DNA of 46,456 nucleotides, taken from positions 1 to 46,456 of the forward strand of contig JACUUP010000001.1 in NCBI GenBank assembly GCA_014859225.1, given 5' to 3'. The translations under genes were made by a program, and so were the position numbers. Every line of letters begins with the position of its first letter. The first letter of the stretch is position 1. Shown piece after piece: positions 8,328-15,036 of this stretch. The notes beneath the pieces were generated by a model. That model was not told where the DNA came from, did not search any database, and saw only the letters and a list, made by a program, of their open reading frames with translations. This DNA comes from Candidatus Aerophobota bacterium. Lineage in GTDB: Bacteria > Aerophobota > Aerophobia > Aerophobales > B3-G15.

Positions 8328-8357
8328 TTGACATAAACCTGCCACTTTTGGTATAAT
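8328..8357 (+). promoter_or_regulatory. near-consensus extended -10 promoter
   Basis: TTGACA (8328-8333), 18-nt spacer including TGg, TATAAT (8352-8357). It points at the MNT/HEPN genes but lies about 250 nt upstream of the MNT start. Confidence 0.55.
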
Positions 8358-8609
8358 GAAATGTGGGGAATGTGAAGGACTGGTTAGTGGCAACTTTCAC
8401 TGGAATACGCAGTATAAGTGCGTATACTTTATCATTGTTGAACCTGAAAGTATCCAGCTGGTTATCAAATCTTATCAACCTAAAAGCATTCTCAATGTTC
8501 AGAAACTTTTTGAGAACAAAGAGTTTGAAGAATTCATCTGAATTTATAAAAATATAAAGGAAGAAAATAATTGTAGCTTTAAAAACATTGGGATAGGAGG
8601 ATAAGAGCA

Positions 8610-8939
8610 ATGAGACTAAATGAAAAGGAGGAACTTGCACTGAGAAAATTTAGATCGACAATAGAAAAAGTATTAGGAGGTAATCTTGTAGAAGTAAAGT
8701 TGTTTGGCTCCAGAGTTCGTGGAGACGCTCGGAAGGACTCTGATATAGATGTACTAGTAATCATATCAAGTGGTGACTGGCGGATGCGGGATGTAATTTA
8801 TGACATAGCTACTGATGTACTTCTTGAAACTGAAGTTTGCATATCTCCAAAGGTTATCAACAGAAAGGAGTATGAGTATCTTTCCAATATAGGAGCTCCT
8901 TTTATAACAAATGTTATTCGAGAAGGAATTACAGTATGA
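8610..8939 (+). CDS. MNT-type nucleotidyltransferase (antitoxin of HEPN/MNT type VII TA)
   Basis: 109 aa. LFGSRVRGDARKDSDIDVLVI is the GS-x-RG...DxD minimal nucleotidyltransferase motif. GGAGGA RBS. Stop overlaps the HEPN start (ATGA). Confidence 0.85.
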   Translation: MRLNEKEELALRKFRSTIEKVLGGNLVEVKLFGSRVRGDARKDSDIDVLVIISSGDWRMRDVIYDIATDVLLETEVCISPKVINRKEYEYLSNIGAPFITNVIREGITV

Positions 8940-9325
8940 ACGAAAGGGAGTGGGCTAATAAAGAATTGATACGGGCTAAAAAGGCTCTTCTTGCGGCAAA
9001 GACGCTATTAGAGAAAGATTTGTTTGAGGATTGTGTCTCCAGAGCTTATTACGCTGTCCTTCATGCTGCAAAGGCAGCTTTGACCTTATCTAAAATTGAA
9101 GTGGATACCCATAATGGAGTACGAAGAATGTTTGGCCTTCATCTTGTTAAAACGGGAAAAATAGAGAAAGAATTTGCGAAAATACTCACAAGAGAGCAAG
9201 AAGATAGAGAAATGGGAGACTATGAAGTTGGTGTCGAAATAGAAGAAGAAACAGCAAGACAAAGAGTTAATGAGGCTGAGAAATTTATACGAAGAATTGA
9301 ACAATACCTTCAGGTAACTAAGTAA
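8936..9325 (+). CDS. HEPN domain protein (toxin of HEPN/MNT TA)
   Basis: 129 aa. SRAYYAVLHAAKA contains the Rx4-6H HEPN motif. All-helical composition, paired with MNT. Confidence 0.85.
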   Translation: MNEREWANKELIRAKKALLAAKTLLEKDLFEDCVSRAYYAVLHAAKAALTLSKIEVDTHNGVRRMFGLHLVKTGKIEKEFAKILTREQEDREMGDYEVGVEIEEETARQRVNEAEKFIRRIEQYLQVTK

Positions 9326-9355
9326 ATATAAAACTTGCTCGAATTTTTAGCAAGA

Positions 9356-9394
9356 GGCTCTCTCATCTATAAAACAGGAGTGGTGGCTATTTTT
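9356..9394. repeat. 39-bp direct repeat, copy 2
   Basis: GGCTCTCTCATCTATAAAACAGGAGTGGTGGCTATTTTT. It includes the stop codon and last 5 nt of the 9387-10058 gene. Confidence 0.9.
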
Positions 9395-10058
9395 TCTCTC
9401 CTGTCTCATCCTTGTTTCCCACTATCTTATCCACAACTTTTTTCCAGGAGGTAGATTCGCCACCGAATCCTTCATAAAAGAAGCGATAATCGTGTTTTCT
9501 AATAAACTCTTGGAGCTGAAAAAGATGTTCCTGTAAGGTGTGCAACTGACACTGCTTGAAGATTTCCTTTTCTTCCTCTCTGGCTAATCTTGAACAAATC
9601 ACCAGGAAATGTTGCATACAAAGTCCAAAACTTTGCTGATAGAGATTCTGAAAATCCTTTTCAGGAAAATTTTTTAAAAAGATACTGATATATCGCTCCT
9701 CAACCTCATCGGAAAACCTACAAACCGGACACCCTTTCCCAGGATAAGAAATTTCTGCTCCTTTTTCTATTTTCTCCCTGAGAATTGAGCAAATATCCTC
9801 GTAGATTATTGCTATACCCAGGGGCTTTCCCACCTCTTTGGCTAATGTGGCATGTCTTGGGCAGAACCCATACGATTTTCTCAATTTCTCCCTAACCCCG
9901 GGGTCATTGACCAGTTCATAAAAAAGAGTGTCCATAAAGGAGAGCTCAGACTTTTTAATAAGAAAACAAACAGGGCATGTGTTTTCTTTCATAGCCTCCA
10001 GAAGTTCAAAATAGCTGCTGTCATAAAAACTTTCGTTTCTCTGTTTTTCTTTTCCCAT
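9387..10058 (-). CDS. uncharacterised protein with two CPVC...(F/L)CxxH modules (possibly DUF6062-like; family name from memory, unverified)
   Basis: 223 aa. C28-P-V-C31...C66-P-R-H69 and C110-P-V-C113...C147-M-Q-H150 have near-identical spacing (34-35 residues). It sits downstream of a fluoride riboswitch. Confidence 0.8.
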   Translation of the reverse strand: MGKEKQRNESFYDSSYFELLEAMKENTCPVCFLIKKSELSFMDTLFYELVNDPGVREKLRKSYGFCPRHATLAKEVGKPLGIAIIYEDICSILREKIEKGAEISYPGKGCPVCRFSDEVEERYISIFLKNFPEKDFQNLYQQSFGLCMQHFLVICSRLAREEEKEIFKQCQLHTLQEHLFQLQEFIRKHDYRFFYEGFGGESTSWKKVVDKIVGNKDETGEKK

Positions 10059-10143
10059 TTTGTGCCTTACAGGTTAAAAATCAAAAGTCTTTGGAAAAAT
10101 ATGTAATCTCCCCCAGAGCTCATGTAAACATAGCTTATGTTTT

Positions 10144-10229
10144 AAATAAAAAACCCCTACTTTTAAAAAGTAGGGGTTATCATCCTGCACTAATTTGCAG
10201 GCAGTTAAGGGTGAACCCCATCACCTTGA
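10144..10229 (-). promoter_or_regulatory. fluoride riboswitch (crcB motif) with intrinsic-terminator expression platform
   Basis: Minus-strand RNA: AAGGUGAUGGGGUUCACCCUUAACUGCCUGCAAAUUAGUGCAGGAUGAUAACCCCUACUUUUUAAAAGUAGGGGUUUUUUAUUU. P1 is GGUG/CACC around an 8-nt loop AUGGGGUU. The conserved AACUGCC is present. P3 is CCUGCA/UGCAGG, followed by GAUGAU...CCUAC. The pseudoknot pairs GGGGUU with AACCCC. It aligns column by column with my recollection of the Thermotoga petrophila aptamer (GGCGAUGAGGCCCGCCCAAACUGCCCUGAAAAGGGCUGAUGGCCUCUAC). The 3' pseudoknot strand is also the 5' arm of the terminator stem, as in an ON switch. Confidence 0.8.
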
Positions 10230-10248
10230 TTTATTGGGCTTGAGAGAC

Positions 10249-10276
10249 ATTCTAATTACTTTCAAGCTTAAGTCAA
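10249..10276 (-). promoter_or_regulatory. promoter driving the riboswitch leader
   Basis: On the minus strand: TTGACT (10276-10271), 16-nt spacer, TAGAAT (10254-10249), about 15-20 nt upstream of the aptamer. Confidence 0.55.
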
Positions 10277-10324
10277 ACAAGTAATTGGTTCAAGCAGAAG
10301 TTTAGTTTCATATATACAAGTCCA

Positions 10325-10633
10325 TTATTCTGTTTTCACTATCTGCATACCCATTATCCTTACTCCACCCTCTGTCCTCATGGACAAAGTCGCCGGCTTC
10401 GTAATAAGGCACTGTCCTTCTCTGATGGTTATCTTTTCCTCGTCCACCGTCACCTCAGCTTCTCCCTCAACAACATAAAAAATGACATGAGAAGACATCT
10501 CACAAACTGGAATTTTGTCCCCGGGAGATAGTGCAATAATTAATGTCTTAAATTCCTTTGCCTTATGAAAAACATTCTTTTGCCTCTCTTCATACGGGTA
10601 TGCGGTCATTGTTTTGAGGTCAAATACCTGCAT
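10325..10633 (-). CDS. cupin domain protein
   Basis: 102 aa. SSHVIFYVVEGEAEVTVDEEKITIREGQCL is typical of a small monocupin beta-barrel. Overlaps the upstream permease gene. Confidence 0.7.
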   Translation of the reverse strand: MQVFDLKTMTAYPYEERQKNVFHKAKEFKTLIIALSPGDKIPVCEMSSHVIFYVVEGEAEVTVDEEKITIREGQCLITKPATLSMRTEGGVRIMGMQIVKTE

Positions 10634-11192
10634 TATTTTCTTCTCCTTTTTTAGATTTGTTCATTTTTTTATCGCCCCATTCAACTACTCGTTCTATAAA
10701 AAACCCCATGGCGGCCACCAGGATAATAGTTAGAATGAGTCTGGTAGCCATAAATCCGAATCCTAAAAATTGTAGCTCCACCATCTCCTGAGGAATCTTT
10801 ATGCACGCCCAGGCAGATAGAAAAATAACTATATTGGAGATACTTGCCCCTTTTTTAATGAGAGCCGAAGCTAAAGGAAACGCCACATAAAGAGGACCTG
10901 TGGGAAGCGCACCAAAAAGGATTGCCACAAAGATACCCTTTGTACCTGAAGTTTTGCCCAAATACTTTACCACAAGCTCCCTGGAGATAAAAACACTGAA
11001 AAGACCCATTAAAACCATTACTGCAGGAAGTATCATGATCATCTCAAGAAAAAAATCCCAGGCGGTAGTAGTTACTGGTCCTTTTTTCTCCGGGAAAACT
11101 ACAATAAGAATCGCTACGAAAATCACTATTGCTGCCAGCATAGCCCAATCTCTTACCAATTTTCCTGTTTGTTTTCCTTTTTTACCCCTCAT
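10620..11192 (-). CDS. permease, second component of a two-gene PF03773-like transporter
   Basis: 190 aa with about 5 TM segments. GALPTGPLYVAFPLASALIKKGASISNIVIFLSAWACIK resembles the equivalent segment of the upstream partner. ATGA overlap with that partner. Confidence 0.7.
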   Translation of the reverse strand: MRGKKGKQTGKLVRDWAMLAAIVIFVAILIVVFPEKKGPVTTTAWDFFLEMIMILPAVMVLMGLFSVFISRELVVKYLGKTSGTKGIFVAILFGALPTGPLYVAFPLASALIKKGASISNIVIFLSAWACIKIPQEMVELQFLGFGFMATRLILTIILVAAMGFFIERVVEWGDKKMNKSKKGEENNAGI

Positions 11193-11671
11193 AGAACCGC
11201 CCCCATAATAAGAGCAATAACAATGGCAATGACAAAACTTATTCCATTACGAAGAAAAGCCATTTTCTTTCCCAGTTCTTTTATCTCCAGAGGCAAGGTA
11301 ACTGTTCCAATCATGGTCAATGTGGTGATAAATGCTGCCACGGCAGAAATTGATGCCCCGCTTTTAAGAAGCGATGCAGCAAGGGGAAAGGAGACAAGAG
11401 CTGGAATGTGCAAAACTGCCCCTACCATGGCAATAATAACTATTCCAATCAGGCCGGATTGCTCACCTATAAATTGAGAAATTTTTTCCGGTGGGATAAA
11501 TCCTAAAAGAAGACCAATGAGGATGACAATAATAAGCACAACCGGCAAAATACGCAAAAGTGATTTTGCTGCTACTATAAGAGATTTTTTTGTTTTTTCT
11601 TTGTTTTTAAAAACCGCAAAGAAAAGACAACTAAGGGCAAAGACATTTATGAAAACAGCGGTTAGACTCAT
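11189..11671 (-). CDS. permease, first component of a two-gene PF03773-like transporter
   Basis: 160 aa. AVLHIPALVSFPLAASLLKSGASISAVAAFITTLTMIG is paralogous to the partner gene. Confidence 0.7.
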   Translation of the reverse strand: MSLTAVFINVFALSCLFFAVFKNKEKTKKSLIVAAKSLLRILPVVLIIVILIGLLLGFIPPEKISQFIGEQSGLIGIVIIAMVGAVLHIPALVSFPLAASLLKSGASISAVAAFITTLTMIGTVTLPLEIKELGKKMAFLRNGISFVIAIVIALIMGAVL

Positions 11672-11704
11672 ATTTTCACCTCTATTATTAAAATTTCCAA
11701 AAAC

Positions 11705-11786
11705 AAAAAGGGGACAGATTTATTTTTTTCTTGTGGATACAACAAAGAGACACAAAAAAAGAGAAAATAAATCTGTCCCCTTTTTT
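11705..11786. repeat. long perfect hairpin element, copy A (bidirectional terminator-like)
   Basis: The arms AAAAAGGGGACAGATTTATTTT (11705-11726) and AAAATAAATCTGTCCCCTTTTT (11765-11786) are perfect reverse complements around a 38-nt loop, with T-runs on both strands. The same arms recur at 15764-15831. Confidence 0.85.
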
Positions 11787-11809
11787 TTCTTTGTGACCCC
11801 CCTGATTAT

Positions 11810-12034
11810 TTACTCTTTTTCTATTTCCTCTATCCTGTTTTTTACCGCCTCAAGTTTTTTCTCCAGTACATCCTTCATATTCCGCAAGTACTCTATCTCC
11901 TCTTCCTTAGAGACAGGGTGACAGCATCCCCAGAAAGGATGCCCCATGGGATGCACATACTGGTAAAAATGAGGATGGGGATATCCTCCCACACAACATC
12001 CTGAGTGTATGTAGCCTCCACACATAATAATCAC
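11810..12034 (-). CDS. DUF5320-like small protein with Cys/His-rich N-terminus
   Basis: 74 aa. The N-terminal half is MCGGYIHSGCCVGGYPHPHFYQYVHPMGHPFWGCCHP. The C-terminal coiled coil EEEIEYLRNMKDVLEKKLEAVKNRIEEIEKE matches the DUF5320 tail as I remember it (...LK.Q...L...L..I..RI.ELEK). Confidence 0.55.
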   Translation of the reverse strand: MIIMCGGYIHSGCCVGGYPHPHFYQYVHPMGHPFWGCCHPVSKEEEIEYLRNMKDVLEKKLEAVKNRIEEIEKE

Positions 12035-12055
12035 CTCCTGCTTATTTTTTATAGG

Positions 12056-12823
12056 CTATAGTGCCTTTATAAGATTTTTTCGGTGCAATTTAACAGCAAA
12101 AGTAAAAAATGCTATAGAAAAAGCTAAGAGCGCTATAATATTAAGAAAAACAGGGTAAAATTCCAAGCCATATAAGCTATACCTGATTAAATCCGCACTA
12201 TAAGTCAAAGGAGAGACGCTGGATACAGCCTTTCCCCAGGAAGGAAGATTCTCCAGAGGTATAAATATACCGCTTATGAAAATGAGAGGAAACCTGATAA
12301 GGGCAGAGAGCATCATTACTTGAGAGGGAGCCTCAGTTGCCGGGGAAGATAAAAGAACTCCCAGGGAGGAAAAACATAAAGAAGATAAAACCATACCCAC
12401 TAAAAAAATGGCTGAATGTAAAATGCTCGTATGGAAAAAAATAATACCTATCAAAAGAGGTGCAAAAGATATAACTATACCAAACACAAGCCCCGCAAGC
12501 ACATCACCTAAAAGAATGGCAAAAAGGGAAACAGGCGTGCTGAGGAGCCTCTCGTAGGTTCTGGCACCTCTTTCCCAGGGAGTTACTAAGGGTCCAACCG
12601 AGGAAGAGGTGAAAAAAAGGGTCATACTCACAAGCGCAGGAACAAGAATATGGGTTTGAACCTGCCTTCCCAGGGAAAAGGCTAAAAAGAAAAACACAGG
12701 AAAAAGGATGCCAAAGATTATCACCGGAGGCTTCAGATAGTAAATACGGGCATCTTTTTCCGCCACTACCAGTGAACCTCTTAAGTTGAAAATGAAATTA
12801 GAAAATCTTTGCTCTTTAAACAT
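12056..12823 (-). CDS. ABC-2 type transporter permease
   Basis: 255 aa with 6 TM segments. Immediately downstream of, and overlapping, the ATPase gene. Confidence 0.85.
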   Translation of the reverse strand: MFKEQRFSNFIFNLRGSLVVAEKDARIYYLKPPVIIFGILFPVFFFLAFSLGRQVQTHILVPALVSMTLFFTSSSVGPLVTPWERGARTYERLLSTPVSLFAILLGDVLAGLVFGIVISFAPLLIGIIFFHTSILHSAIFLVGMVLSSLCFSSLGVLLSSPATEAPSQVMMLSALIRFPLIFISGIFIPLENLPSWGKAVSSVSPLTYSADLIRYSLYGLEFYPVFLNIIALLAFSIAFFTFAVKLHRKNLIKAL

Positions 12824-13769
12824 CGGTTGTCTCCCTTTCTTCGGTAAGTTTTAGAAATACATCTTCTAAACTTGGACCCAGTGTATTAAGCGAGGTAAAG
12901 TGTAAATTATTTTTCATTGCATGTTCGCCAAGTTTCTTGATTAGCGCATCTGGATTCTGGGTGTAGAGTTTAAATTTATCACCTAATCTCTGGCATCGGT
13001 TAACCTCCGGGATGCTTTCCATCCAATTGACATCTGCAAAAGTTACGTTAAAGGAAACTTCTACCGATTGAGTCTTTTGGAAAGCACCCTTTAGTTGCTC
13101 CGGACTATCAGAGGCAACTATCCTGCCTTTGTTAATGATAGCCACTCTATCACAGAGAATATTTGCCTCATCAATGTTATGCGTGGTTAAAAAAATAGTT
13201 TTCCCTTTTGACCTTAGCTCCTGTAATATATCTCTTATCATTCTGCTACTTTTCACATCCAATCCAGAAGTTGGCTCATCAAGAAAAAGTACTTCCGGCT
13301 GATGAATTAAACACATAGCAAGAATGAGTCTTTGTTTCATCCCCCTGGAGAATCTTCTTGTTTTTTCTTCTTTTCTTTCCCAGAGGTCAAATTTTTGCAG
13401 AAGCTCTTTTGCTCTTTCCTCCCTTTCCCTTCGCTTAACAGCATACATTTTCCCCATGAGCATTATGTTATCCCGGGCAGAAAGGTCCACATACACATTA
13501 CACACCTCGGGAACAACTCCCATTATCTTTTTTGCTGCAATTGGATTTTTAAGGGTATCAATCCCTGAAACCTCAACTTTTCCCTTATCGGGCAAAAGGA
13601 TTCCCGTGACAATACGTATGGTGGTGGTCTTTCCTGCCCCATTTGGTCCCAGAAAACCAAAAATCTCACCCTTTATCACCTCAAAACTTACATTATCCAC
13701 CGCCAAAAAATCCCCATAGTATTTGGTGAGACCATGAACTTTAACTGCCACCTCTTTTTTCTCCATCAT
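12816..13769 (-). CDS. ABC transporter ATP-binding protein (DrrA/CcmA-like exporter type)
   Basis: Walker A GPNGAGKTT, signature FSRGMKQRL, Walker B VLFLDEPTSGLD, H-loop TTHNIDEA. Confidence 0.9.
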   Translation of the reverse strand: MMEKKEVAVKVHGLTKYYGDFLAVDNVSFEVIKGEIFGFLGPNGAGKTTTIRIVTGILLPDKGKVEVSGIDTLKNPIAAKKIMGVVPEVCNVYVDLSARDNIMLMGKMYAVKRREREERAKELLQKFDLWERKEEKTRRFSRGMKQRLILAMCLIHQPEVLFLDEPTSGLDVKSSRMIRDILQELRSKGKTIFLTTHNIDEANILCDRVAIINKGRIVASDSPEQLKGAFQKTQSVEVSFNVTFADVNWMESIPEVNRCQRLGDKFKLYTQNPDALIKKLGEHAMKNNLHFTSLNTLGPSLEDVFLKLTEERETTDV

Positions 13770-13959
13770 GTTCTATCTCTCCCGAAAAATGCTGCTAATT
13801 TCTATTTTTCCCATAGCATTACCAGAACTTATTTTCTTTTTGTAACCTGCAAACTTTTTGCTTGCCATTTGTCCTGCTAAAATAAGTGTATCAATATTTA
13901 CTTATATAATAACAAAAAACTATACCCTGTCAAGTGGGTTTAATTGAAAGTGAATTTAG

Positions 13960-13988
13960 TTGACATATAGAGGAAAACAGCGTAAAAT
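13960..13988 (+). promoter_or_regulatory. pfkA promoter
   Basis: TTGACA (13960-13965), 17-nt spacer, TAAAAT (13983-13988). The TTG used as ORF start in the track is the -35 hexamer. Confidence 0.55.
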
Positions 13989-14016
13989 CAAGCAAAAATA
14001 CAGCAAAGGTGAAAAT

Positions 14017-14985
14017 TTGAGAAAGATTGGAGTTCTTACCAGTGGAGGCGACGCTTCCGGAATGAATCCCTGTATTAGAGGAGTAGTTAGAGCTGCTACC
14101 CAGGAAGAGCTGGAAGTTGTGGGCATAAGACGAGGGTATGCAGGATTAATCGAGCAAGATATCCAGCCAATGGATGCAAGCTCAGTCTCGGGTATTATTT
14201 GTCAGGGAGGGACCATACTGAAGACTGCACGTTCTGATTATTTTATGCAACAGGAAGGACAAAGAAAAGCGGTTGACAACATTAGAAAAATGGGAATAGA
14301 TGCCCTGGTTGTTATTGGGGGAGATGGTTCGTTTAAGGGAGCTAAAATGCTTGATGAGGTATGGGGAGTTCCTACGGTAGGAATTCCCGCCACAATAGAT
14401 AATGACATCTGGGGAACTGATTTTACCATAGGATTTATGAGCGCGGTAAACACTGCCCTTGAGGCAATAGATAAAATAAGAGATACCGCTACCTCGCATA
14501 ACCGTTTATTTTTGATAGAGGTCATGGGAAGAACTTCCGGATTCATTGCCCTGTGGGCAGGGGTTGCCGGAGGTGCAGAGGATATTGTAATTCCAGAGAT
14601 ACCTACTAACCTTGATAGTATCTGTGCAAAATTGGAAGAGGGGCGAAGACGGGGGAAAACCAGCAGTATAATGGTTGTGGCAGAAGGAGATGAGGCGGGT
14701 AACGCCTTTGAGATTGCATCAAAGATAGAGCAAACGATACATTACGAGGTTAGAGTAGCAGTTTTAGGGCATATGCAAAGAGGAGGCGCACCAGGTGTCT
14801 GGGATAGAATTCTCGGTATGAAATTAGGAAAAGGTGCAGTTGACGTGATATGTGAGGGAAAAAGGAATGTTATGGTCGGGCTGGTAAACGGAAAGATTAA
14901 AGTTTCGCCGATAGAAGATAGCTGGAAAAGAAAAAAAGAGATAGACCTTGAGCTTTACCGCTTAAACCAAATTATGGCTACGTAA
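14017..14985 (+). CDS. pfkA: ATP-dependent 6-phosphofructokinase
   Basis: (M)RKIGVLTSGGDASGMNPCIRGVV, VIGGDGSF, IPATIDND, EVMGR and GHMQRGG are PfkA motifs. The start is assigned to the TTG at 14017, which has AAGGTGA 5 nt upstream and lies downstream of the promoter. Confidence 0.9.
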   Translation: MRKIGVLTSGGDASGMNPCIRGVVRAATQEELEVVGIRRGYAGLIEQDIQPMDASSVSGIICQGGTILKTARSDYFMQQEGQRKAVDNIRKMGIDALVVIGGDGSFKGAKMLDEVWGVPTVGIPATIDNDIWGTDFTIGFMSAVNTALEAIDKIRDTATSHNRLFLIEVMGRTSGFIALWAGVAGGAEDIVIPEIPTNLDSICAKLEEGRRRGKTSSIMVVAEGDEAGNAFEIASKIEQTIHYEVRVAVLGHMQRGGAPGVWDRILGMKLGKGAVDVICEGKRNVMVGLVNGKIKVSPIEDSWKRKKEIDLELYRLNQIMAT

Positions 14986-15036
14986 AAGAAATTTTTGATA
15001 ACAAATTAACCTGTGCGTGGATACACATAGGGTAGA

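Noticed and set aside
8320-8640. 106-aa minus ORF, and plus ORFs 8356-8541 and 8363-8557, in the TA leader
   Set aside because: The minus ORF runs antisense through the promoter and into the MNT start. The plus ORFs begin inside the -10 hexamer or at the predicted TSS with GTG. None has an RBS or a recognisable motif. I treat the region as leader or non-coding (see finding).
10620-11671. The two half-size permease genes as a frameshifted pseudogene of one permease
   Set aside because: The junction is a clean ATGA overlap. Each half has its own complete set of TM helices and the paralogous FPLA(A/S)(S/A)L(L/I)K.GASIS segment. This is consistent with a native two-gene (heterodimeric) arrangement.
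13960-14016. N-terminal extension of pfkA (track ORF starts at TTG 13960: MTYRGKQRKIKQKYSKGEN...)
   Set aside because: The TTG is the first base of a TTGACA -35 hexamer, which has a TAAAAT -10 exactly 17 nt downstream. The PfkA homology begins at RKIGVLTSGGD, and the TTG at 14017 has an AAGGTGA RBS. The extension is promoter/5' UTR.
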